Program-made: the position numbers and the translations under genes | From: Geosiphon pyriformis uo1 | Lineage: Eukaryota; Fungi; Glomeromycota | Assembly (NCBI GenBank): GCA_016748015.1 | Contig: JAAOMT010000328.1 | Location: 124,001-188,000, forward strand | Direction: 5' to 3' | DNA length: 64,000 nt | Shown: one piece after another, positions 53,190-64,000 of the stretch | How the letters are laid out: every line of letters starts with the position of its first letter | How positions within the stretch are numbered: the first letter of the stretch is position 1 | Notes under the pieces: model-generated | Seen by the model: only the letters and a program-made list of their open reading frames with translations | Databases searched by the model: none | Told to the model about the DNA's origin: nothing

Positions 53190-56150
53190 TTGTTCTTAAT
53201 TTCTAGATAATAATTAAGTCATGTTTATTAAATCTTAATAATAATAAAAACTTTAAAGTTTTATTGACATATACAATTATTTTTTTATTGCTATTATTAT
53301 TTAATTAAATAAAATAATATTAAAGTTATATAAAAAACATTAATAATTAGTTAAAATTTTTTATTGAAATTGTTATTAATTTTGGTTTTAAAATTTTAAA
53401 AACTATTTATTGTTTTGTAATTTATTAATATTTGATATTTTTATTGGTTAAATAATTAAATAATTTGGCAATTTTCGAAAAATTTTTGATAAATTTTGAT
53501 AATAAAATATTAATTTAGTAACTTTTTTAATTTAATAATATTTTAAAGAATCTTAAAATTTTATATAATGTTGATTTTTTTTAAATTTGGTTTATTTTTA
53601 TTTTTATTAACAATATAACTAAAAAAGATCAAATTTGTTTTTTTAAAATAATATTTTTCAATATTTAATTTTAATTTTGTTTTTTATAATTGTTAAAGGC
53701 TTTTTACAAATAAACCAAACAAGCTTTAAAATTTGGTAAATAAATATTAGTATTATTAAAATAAACAATTACTAATTGTTATAAAAATTTAATATAAACA
53801 AATCAATAAATTATTAAAATATTGTTAATATATTATATAATTTATAAAACATTATATTAAATTTGTGATTTTTTTCTTAAGTTATAAAGACTGTTTTCAG
53901 ATAATTCTTAGAATTTATAATAATTTATCAATATCTATTTTTTAAATTCCAAATATAAAATATTTCGATTTTCTAAAAGCATTTAACATGTTATTAATTT
54001 GTAATAAAAAATAAGTATTTTTAATTATAATATTATTAAATTGGCAAAAATTAACATAAAATCAAAAAAAATTTTTTTTTTAAAAAAATTATTAGTAAAG
54101 TTTATAGATTTATTAAAAATTGAATAAATTTATTGTTAAATATTTATTGTATTTTTTTTTAATAAATTAGTGGTTAATAAATAGTACTTAATATGTTTGT
54201 TATTATTTTAGTTTTGTATTTTCTTTGTAAATTTAGTGTTAAACCAAATCAGTTTTTTTTTAAATTATTATTATTTTCTGTAAATATATTAATATACTTT
54301 ATAATAAGCTGCTTAAATTGTTTTTGTTAATATAATTTCAGTTAATTTAAAATAATTTTCAACCATAATATAATAATTTTGGTGATAAAAATTGTATTAA
54401 ACTTTGAAAATAAACATTTAATAATTTTTGTAAAATTTAAAACTTTTTGTAACAATTTCTTTTAAAAAATGTTATTATGTATAATTTTAATTTTTAAGTA
54501 ATTAATTAATATAATAAGATAACTATTAGAGTTATAAATTATAATATTAAATTTTTTATTTTTTAAACAAACAAATATTAAGAATTAAAATTTCATGTTT
54601 TTTACAAATTTGTTTATTGAATTTAAAGATTTGTTAAGTGGTAATAGATTTTAAATAAATGTATATTTTTTAATATTTTTCAAAAAGTAAAATTGTTTTT
54701 AATAGTTTAAAAATTTAATAAAATTAATTTTATAAATTAAAAACTATATTTATTACAATTATAAATTATTTAGTTAAATTAAAACTTTAAGTTTTTTTGT
54801 TATTTTTGTTAAGATTTTTTTTGTTTTAAATTAATTACAAACTTAAAATATTGATTAAATATAAATAAATAGTTTTACAATTTTTTTGACATGTTTAATT
54901 TAAAAAAACTTTTTAATTTTATTTTAAAGCATTATTGTAATATTTTTAATATATTTAATATTTATAATTTTTTTTTTAATATTGATTTTTTTGTTTGTTA
55001 ATAATGATTTAAAAGCAATTTATATTATAGTTTTAGATAAAATTTTAAAAATAATTTTTAAGTTAATTTTGGTTAATAATTTTGGTTGCAAAACCAATTT
55101 TTTTTTGAATATTGTAAATTATATTTAATATTAATTTTATAAATTTTTTTAGATTTGAATTTTTATTTATTGTTATTAAAGTATTTGAATTACAAAACAG
55201 ATTGGTTTTAATAAAATAAAATAAAGTAATTAATATAACTTTTTTGGTTTGAATTTTCTAAACTCAATTTTATATTTATCTTTTTTTATAAGTAATAATA
55301 TGCTAAAAACATAATATTTTAAATATTATTAATTATTACTATATTTTTTATAAAGTTAAATATTTATTTGTTTTAAAAATTAAATTTGAGTTTTTTTAAA
55401 AAGATAATTATAACTAAATATTATATAATATAATTTAACTTTATTTTTTATAATTTAATAAGTTTTTTTTGAATTTTTTTATTAATTTATAAATTAATCT
55501 GGTATTATAAAAATAATAATATAATTTGTTAAAAATATTGTTATATATTGTTTAAAATAAAATGGTTTTTTTATTTTTTTTAAAATAAGTAAAACATATT
55601 AATTGATTTAATTATAAATTTTATTTTTTATTAAAACATTAATTCAATTATATTTTTTAATGACAATTGTTTATAAATAAGACATAATTTATTGTTTTAT
55701 TGTTTTATTTTATTTTATTTTATTTTAAATAATTAAATTGTTCTTAATAATATATTTTACAATAATAATAAGTATAATTTTTATATTTGAATAAAATATA
55801 AACCAATTTTTTTTTGGTTTTTATTTTAAGTAAAAAATATATTAACTATTAATTTAATATAATAATTTAAAGTTTTAGACCAAAAAATTGTTAATTGTAA
55901 TTCAAAATTAACAAAATTTTGTTGTTTAGTTTTTTTAATTCAATTAAATTTTAACAATTAGTTTTTTTAATTATTTGTTAAAAGTATTACAAATAATAAA
56001 TATTCTGATATATTGTTTTTAATATAAAATTTTTAATTTTTAGATTTTTAATTTAAATTTATATTGGCTTAAAAAATCAATTGATTTTAATAAAGACTTA
56101 ATATTAAAATATATTTATAATTAAAACTTTATTATAAATAATAATACTAT
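53190..56150 (-). mobile_element. Extremely eroded Gypsy relic; only the RT part was aligned, outer boundaries inferred
   Basis: Reverse complements of ~53735-53880 and ~53945-54070 align with Gypsy RT at 12320-12660, almost entirely through C>T/G>A changes. Confidence 0.7.
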
Positions 56151-59100
56151 TAATAATATTACTTATAAAGTAATATAAAAAAATAATTAGTAATTAAATA
56201 TAGCATAAATTAACCAATTATATATTAGAAACTATTAAATAATATAATAATAAAAATTTTAAAAATTTTAAATAAATTTTTAAAAATTCCAAAAATATCA
56301 AAAATATTAATAATAAAAAAACTTCTTTCTCTCCTATATCCCAAATTCCTAAAATAGCGCATTTTTGAAGAAGTTTTTGTTTTTTTTATCTATTTTTATC
56401 TTTTACTTTTGCTTGGTTTTCACAATTTCTCAACTCACTAATCCTTTTATTGTCTTTTTGGTGTCTGACGCTGTCAACATTATGTTCATGAAAAAATTGG
56501 TCAAAGATGTCACTACAAGTTCTGTGAGTGGTAGTCTGAAGCAAAAATCAAAGATTTTGCTTGGTAAAGTCAAACACTTGGATGACAAAGCTAATTTATC
56601 TTTCAAATTACCTATGAGTAAGCCCAGCCAGTATGAGAACATAGATACCTCTTCTGAAGAAAAGTTGGGACACAAGATGGGCAGAAACTTAAGCTATGGT
56701 ACTGGCAGCAAGAGTGATGGGCTGCTGGACTCTCATACCAACACCCCAAAGGCTAAATGCTTCAACTTTGGTACAGTGAAAGTTCTATCCTTGGGGTCCT
56801 GTGATTTTGGCTCTGCTGTTGATGACGTTTACATGGACTTACCTCTCCCTGTTTCTTTGGAACCCCCTCTTTGTTCAGTTACTTCTGTCAAAAAGAGACT
56901 CTGCTTTGAACCAACCAAATTCTTTGCACTCGACATTGGTTTGTTGGCTGTTCCTGGAAATACTCTGCATGACAAACTCAAGGGTGTCAAGAAGCTGTTC
57001 TACAAAATTAACAGTTTTGGGGGTGCGTCAACTCCATCAAAATTTCCAGATATTGTTAGGGCATCTTTCACGTCTGAATCCAGTTTCACTTTGGCTAAAC
57101 AGTTGGCTGTGTCTGAGAATCTTGTTGTTAATGCTGATCTAAAGAAGATCAGCATACAATCGGATCGAGAAATCATTATCAAAGAAATTCTGGTCAATTT
57201 GCCCAAATCAGCAATTGAGTTAGCTTTAGTCAAGTATGGAAAAATTTTTTCAATCAAAATGCAGCTGATTGGTCTCTGGCAGAAAGTGCTTGTGGAATTT
57301 GAGTTCTCAGGTCGCTGATCTGGTTGCATTCAAATGGTCAATCTTGCTGGGTAAGGACTTGGCATGAGTTGCCAAAGCCAATGCTGATAAATAAATGTGA
57401 AATTTAAGGAACAGCTATTGTACTTTTCTATACACTCTGCTAATGGGCATAACTGTCCACAATTTCTCGAATCTAGTCTAGTCATATGGTAAGAAGACTT
57501 GCTATATCTCTAAGAATTTGGTATCTTATGTACAAGCCCACTGTGCTGTCATATGCTTTGACTCTAAAGAAGCCAGGAAGACTACTATTTGCTCTACACC
57601 AGTGTTTAAGGGTATCAACCTCGTCTGGGCTGGTTTGTTATCTCCTAAGTGTGCCACATGTGATAACTTTGGTCATGTTTTCTTTGGATGTAGCAGTGGT
57701 GAAAAAACCTTTGGGCTGGGTTTCAAAAAAAAATTTCTTTGTTCCAATTCGGATAAAAAGCATCTTGTGCTCATTTATGCCAAAAAACAAGCTTCCATGT
57801 CTTATCTTGTCTCCTTTGGTAGTGTAACTTGGGCTTCTGTGGTAAACAGCTCTCCTAAAAGTTTGTCTTTTATGCCATTCGTTAAAACCAATATAGGCAT
57901 AGGACTGGTTGACAGTTCAACACCTGAGGTTGCAATTCTGGCTTTGTGTATTAGTGTTCTTGAGCATTCGCTTAAGAATGTGTCTGACCAGATAGCTAAC
58001 ATTTTGCATAAGCTGAACAGATTGTTGGCAGTTTTGTCAGTGAGTTTTGTTGCTTCGCCCACTTCCGAGCATGATTCTGTGTTGGATATGGCTGTTGACA
58101 CTCCATTATTTGTTCCTCCTATGTCTAGTGTGGTCACTACCATTACCCAAGACATTTCTCTAAGTGGTTCCCAAGTTTTAACTGTGAAAGTGAGTGGTCT
58201 GGAGGCTAGCCTAATGGTCCTAGAGAATTCAATTAAAACAATAATGAATAAGTTGGACTCTTTTGGTTCTGGCAGTGATGTGGTAATCTATTCTCTTCCC
58301 TAATAAGTAGTTTAGTCTGGAAAGTCGCTACTTGTAATATTAAAAGTATGAATGTTCCTGCTAAGCAGGAAGACATTGTTAGGTGGCATATGATTTTGAA
58401 TAATGACATTTCAATAGTTACTGAGACTAAGCTTTGCTCCAGTGTCAAGTTTTGGATTGCAAATAAGTTTCCTGGTGTGAGAGTGTTTACTTCAGGTCTG
58501 GATGCTGGGTTTTTAGGTACAGGTGCCGCTTTAATCATAAATGAAAATTTAGCCAAGCATGTTTTGAAAATCTTTGAGATTCCAGATAGGTTCTTAATAA
58601 TTCATTTATTATTTAAAAACAAACAATCCGTCTCTGTGTTGGGTTTGTATGCAGAGGCCTTTTGGAATAGATGTATGATTCAGGCTGGTCTTGTTAACTC
58701 TTTTATAGCCAGGGCTTGTAATGAGAGTACTTTTGTTATATTGAGTGGTGATTTCAATAAGGATGGAAACAAATGTAGTTCTAGCTTTAGTAAGTGTGTG
58801 GATCTTGGTTTAGTTAATACATTAGTTAATAGCTCCTACATTAAGGCTTCTACTTGGAATAATTCCAGGGGTGTTGAAAAGACCATTGATTTCATTTTTA
58901 TTTCACAGAGTTTGAGTAATGCTTTAATAAATGGGCAAGTTGTAAATGTAGATGAGTTCTTCAATACTGATCATAGTTCTGTTCAAATTACAATTGGTCT
59001 TAGTGGGATTTTGGATCCTGTCTTAAGAGCTATTCATGTTCAAACCAATAAGGACAAGTAGAAGTTTAATGTCAAAAATGCAGATAAGATTAAATGGGAG

Positions 59101-60561
59101 CAGTATAGAACTGCATCTTGTGAGAATTTTGTCATGTTTTCCAATGAGTTTGCAGATTTTTACTATTTGTCTGATTTGGATGACATGTGGTGTGTTATTT
59201 GCAAAGCCATTTGTTTCTTAGCAAATAAAGTTTTTTCAAAAACCTGGTCTAAGGGTTTTGATGATGGTTATACCAAGTGCTTTTTTCATTTTCATAGATT
59301 GGAACTTTTGGTTTTTAAATTGGTAAAGACCTCACATTCTGTGTTATCTAATGAGTTTGTTTCTCTTTTAGATGTTTGGGTCTCTTTGGATTCTGCTAAT
59401 GCTTCTGTTGTCAAATTTTTTTTTCTTTTGGAATCTCATTTTGATGCTATCAGGTCAGCTTTGGCAAAGATTAGGAAATATTATTGTTCACTTAAGATGA
59501 TGGAATCGAAATGTGCTCAAGATTCTCAGATCAAGTTGGCAATTGACAAAAAAATGGAAAACTTTGGGTTGAATAAAGGCCAGACTATTAGAAGTGTACT
59601 TGAGCAACCATTTTACAAAGTTACATTGGATCATTTGGTTGTGAATGAAGACCTTATTTTGGAATCTGGTTTGGTTAAATTTCACGTTAATAGAATTATG
59701 GAGGGATGGACCAGAAAGCGCATAGTAGTTGGTGATATGTTGGATAACTGGAGTCGCCAGTTTCAACTCCTGGAGTATGTCTTTGATGATGCCTTTTTAA
59801 ATATTATGCACCCAATTGAGACAGATGAGTTTTTTGGTATGGTTTTGGATCTGCCTAACAATAAAGCTGCTGGCTTTTTTGGTATTTTGAATGAGTTATG
59901 GAAACATTGTGACAGATCTGTTCTGGATTCACTTTTGGTCCTTTTGAACTCTTGTTTGGTTTATGAGACTGTTCCAGGTTCTTGGAAAGAGGCCTGGGTG
60001 TCTATGATTTCTAAACTCTATGACTGGAAGAGAGTTCTCACAAATACCTGACCTATTGTGCTGATTGAAACTGCCCGTAAAATCCTCTCCAAGATTTTTT
60101 CTGACAGGATCTCTATGGTATGTAGTAAGTATAATGTTCTTCATGGTGACAATTTTTTGGTTTTTAAAAGAATGACAACACAGTCTCCTATTTTTGCTAT
60201 TGGTTCAGTAATTAAAGATGCTTTGGAAAAGAATTGCAAACTTTGGTTGATTTTACAAAACATGAAAAAAGCATATGATTTGGTTGGCTGGGAGCATTTG
60301 AGAAGAAGTTTGGTTAGAATCAAAATGTGTGGTAGATTTATAAAATTTTTTGGAAGTATTTACAATGGCTGCACAAACAGAGTAATGACAGATTTTGGGT
60401 TGACTAATGATTATAGTGTCTGTGATGGCTTGGATCAGGAGGAAGTGTTTTTACCTCTCCTTTGACATATTTTTTATGACACTTTGCTGTGTAAGGTTAA
60501 GAAACAAGAAGCAGTATGTGGCTACAGGCTGAACTCACATTATGTTGTCAAAACTAGTTGT

Positions 60562-61544
60562 TGTTATTCATAAAATATAGGAAGTATATTAGCATATAAA
60601 TTAGCCAATCATAGGTAGACGTAGTAAATGTAGAATTCCAGGATTCCAGGAATTGCAGGATTTTTACATGAGGAATTGCAGAATTCCAGAATTCCTCTCA
60701 AAGGAATTGTAGAATTCCAGAAATTTCAGGATTCCTGACATGAAAAATTGAGGAATTGAGGAATCTTAAATACGTATATATAGTAGTAGTATCAGAAGTT
60801 AGAAAATTAGTCAATGGGACTTAGAGTCAATTGATTTGCAGAGTCAATTAGACTCATAGAATCAATTAGACTCGCAAAATCATAATTATTAAAATTAAAA
60901 AAAAAAGAGAATTGACACCAAGAATCCTTAGCTTAGTTACCACAATTCTCAAATAAATAATTATTTACTATATCAAATTCATTCTTCACTATCAACACTT
61001 TATGTTGATAGTAACTGATACTTAACCATATTGAAGCAATAGCTCTTGATCATGGCTATTGACAAGATACTAACTTGTAAATTGCCTTGGCTTTTTTTTT
61101 ATTTTCTTTTTTATCTTTCTTTATTTTCTTTGTTGTCTACTAACTTGATTAAAAAATTTACTCTTGAAGGACTTACAGAAAAATAAGCTTACTAAAAATA
61201 CTTACTCTTAAAGGACTTACAAAAGAATAAACTTGCTTAAACAACACTTACTCTTGGAGGACTTACAAAGGAATTAACGTCAGAAAACCACACTGGTATA
61301 CACTTACGAAGGATATTGTACCAGGAGAATCATCAACTATCAAGCTGAGCAAGCAATCAGCAAAACTACAGTGTCAGGAAACTACTGATAAACTGTTACC
61401 ATTGAATCTTTGTCCATTATACAAAGAACTCAATTGGAAAACCTTCAGATAAAATACCTTCAGATTATCATTGTTACCAATTACCTTGAGCACCAAGTTA
61501 CAGGTTTGTTATTTACTCGACACCCCAAAGAATCACCTGTAATA
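60562..61544 (+). repeat. Solo LTR, family 2 (983 bp)
   Basis: TGTTA...TAATA (degenerate TAACA), 4-bp TSD TTGT at 60558-60561 and 61545-61548. The LINE ORF2 frame rejoins as KTSC/VDPQNG. Contains GAATTCCAG arrays and ~44-nt CTTACTCTT..AGGACTTACA repeats. Confidence 0.88.
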
Positions 61545-63248
61545 TTGTGTGGATCCACAGAATGGCTTTACATCTTTTTTTGCTGCAGGTGCTTTTGTCA
61601 ATGACACTATTTAGGTTAGTTCTAGTCAGATGACCACACAACACATTCTTAATATTGCCAGTGAATTTTTCAGGTTAAGTGATATATCAATCAACAATGA
61701 CAAAACTGTAGTAATTCCAATTAATTGTAGAGTAGTAGTACTGTTTTTATCTGTCAGTGGTGCTCCTATTTCCATTGCCAAAAAAGGGGTGTTTTACTAT
61801 TATCTGGATATTTTTTTCTCTTTTGATGGACTGTCTAAGCCCAGCCTGGCCAAAGCATATTTTGATGTTCAGTTTTTTGCCAATTTAGTACTGAAAAAAG
61901 CAATTTCGGACAAACAGTTTTCTTACTTGGTTTCAGTGGTTTTTCATCCTATCATTGGTTACAAGACTTAGTTTAGCTTTGTTTCTGCTAGTGTGTGCTG
62001 AAAGTGGAATGTTTTAATTCGGAAAGGCCTGAAACTAAAGTTGGGTCTGCCTCTAGACTTTCCTAATGATGTTTTACACCACTTTTTATTTTATGGCTTG
62101 AAGACTTTTGAGCAAATCCAAGCCAAAGGCAAAGTTGTTACTGTGGTATGCTTCGCTAACTCTGTTGGAATTTTGGGCCAGTTGTTCATGCATAGGTTAC
62201 ATGACTTGCAAGTCTTGAGTTGGTGTCCAGTACATCCCTTGTGTTTTCCAATTCGCATTAGTGTTAATCCTTTGAACAACTTCTTAGCGAATGTGGTTTG
62301 AGTCTTTTTTGACTCTGGTTTGTCCTTGGGCAACCTTGTTTATAACACTTTTCGCTTCCAGAATGGAACTCTTTTATCTGAGATTCTTAGTAAATCAATG
62401 TATTTCAGGTGTCTTTCTTCCCTTTGTCATTATGGAATAGCTTTTGTTGAGCAGCTTCGATGCCGAAATGGTGCTGTCTTTGATTGGAAAACTTTCAAGC
62501 AGTAGAAAAGGCTCAACTCACATGGTCCTGTTTCTGTCTGGTTTGCTGTTGCTGTTTGGCATCTTCATATTGCTGGTTCTCTTGATGTTGGCTTCTCCTT
62601 TTTGGTTGCTACTTTTGTAAAAAACATTTTTGATTCCCATGAATTTTGGTCAGTGTGTAATCAGTTGTCTGGCCTTGGTGCTTCTGATTTTTCTGTGTAC
62701 ATGGATGGTTCTCTTTGTAGCTTGGGGAGTGTGAATATAAAAGCTGGTACTGCCGCATTCTTTGAAGACATTAACTTGGATCTTGGAGTAAAAGTGTTTG
62801 GCATGGTTTCTTCTATGTTAGCAGAGCTTCAGGCCATTGTGTTGGCTCTTGAGTGTGTGCCTAGTTCAAGTTCAATCCATCTATTCTCTGACAGCCAAGC
62901 TGCATTGGATGCATGTAAATCTGAATTATTATTGTTGGCTCTGGATTTTTGAAATAAATATTGGGTTGAGTGTTAACACATTGCTGGAATCATACGTGAC
63001 AGGAATTTGGACATTAGCTGGCATAAGGTCAAAGGTCACTCAGGTGTTCTGGGTAATGATAAAACTGACTTGCTTGCTGGTGTTTCTTCTCATCCAGGCC
63101 AGATCTTTTACCTCTGGCTTAAGGAATGTTTTATCTTGGCTAATGGCAATATTGTTTCTGGAAATTCTAGGCACTTTGTTTGTGATGTTTTTTGGTCTAT
63201 TCATCATGCAAGCTGGGAGGTTGGCTCTGGCACCAGAATTGTGCCTGG

Positions 63249-63926
63249 TGTTACCAGTAGAATTTTAGCTATTAATTAGCATGAAATTTCCTTTATAATT
63301 CCTATCATTAATTAGCATATATTATTATCGTTTCGAATTTCACTTATTATTTAATCAAATTAGCAATTATCATCATTTAATCAATAACCCGATTTGGACC
63401 ATAGAAATTGAGATGATCAATTTACACAATACCCTGAACCATATAACATAGCCAAAATTCGCCGAAATTAATGAAAATTGGCCGAAATAATTCATAGTTC
63501 AGCGAAATAANNNNNNNNNNNNNNNNNNNNCTCCAGGCCTGGATAGAAAACGTTTCCTTGACAAAATTCTATTTCTTTACGTTTCTTTTATTTTTCTCTT
63601 TCTTTTCTTATCATAATCATTTGGGTAGCCTACAGACGAGATTCCTGTAGAAGAGTTGACTTTCACAGCAAAGTAACTACACATTTTTAGTGAGCTTCCA
63701 GACGAGCAATTCCTGGGAAAGAGTTGACGTTTACTACAACGTAACTACATAAAGTAACTGGCACGGAATTGGCCATTCCACTTATAAGCCCAGCGGTTCA
63801 AATTATAGGAGATAATTTGAAGATAAATTCAGTTATCGAAGGTTCAACTACTTCCTCTAGTCGTGAATAAAACAGCAAAACAACACCACAACCTTCAAGA
63901 AAAGAGACCAAAAACCTCCGGTAACA
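63249..63926 (+). repeat. LTR family 1 insertion spanning an assembly gap (solo LTR or collapsed full element)
   Basis: TGTTACC...CCGGTAACA with 4-bp TSD CTGG at 63245-63248 and 63927-63930. Homologous to 6798-7777. N-run at 63511-63530. Confidence 0.92.
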
Positions 63927-64000
63927 CTGGTCATCTTTTTCCAGGTATTGATTGGTTTAAGTCATTCCTTGTTTGGCATCTTAACATTCACATGGCTGCT

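Larger units (their letters stand above)
56321..64000 (+). mobile_element. LINE copy F (divergent ORF1 subfamily), interrupted by two LTR insertions and continuing past the window end
   Basis: 5' ACTTCTTTCTCTCC, ORF1 at ~56482-58303, ORF2 from ~58303 (VATCN, TETKL, GDFN, KAYD, AFVNDT, VYMDGS, KVKGHSG). Confidence 0.93.

Noticed and set aside
56157-56315. Possible further eroded family-2 LTR start just upstream of LINE F
   Set aside because: The similarity (tagcataaattaaccaatta; aaaattcc-like array) is too degenerate to support by eye.

Overview
This is eukaryotic, intron-containing, AT-rich fungal DNA. Gene style and repeat families suggest a Glomeromycota or related early-diverging fungus, possibly Geosiphon-like; that assignment is an inference. 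Only two host genes are present, arranged head-to-head in a ~7.5 kb island: V-ATPase subunit B (VMA2, minus strand, 11 exons, 508 aa) and the polyphosphate polymerase VTC4 (plus strand, 4 exons, 701 aa). The rest is a nested retroelement graveyard. It holds six copies of an APE-RT-RNaseH LINE family plus the tail of a seventh, and one full-length 9.86 kb Ty3/Gypsy element with 980-bp LTRs, a 4-bp TSD, a Cys-rich insert and dUTPase in pol, and an extra 3' ORF. It also holds LTRs of two families and AT-rich deserts; at least one desert is alignable to Gypsy RT with nearly every G/C turned into A/T. The most notable observations are four: (1) two non-autonomous ORF1-only 'half-LINE' elements carrying a deeply diverged ORF1 fused at its stop codon to the LINE's structured 3' UTR; (2) RIP-like C>T/G>A erasure beyond CpG sites; (3) a Gypsy with an env-position accessory ORF and splice-like signals; (4) the divergent VMA2-VTC4 pair. 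All alignments were made by eye.
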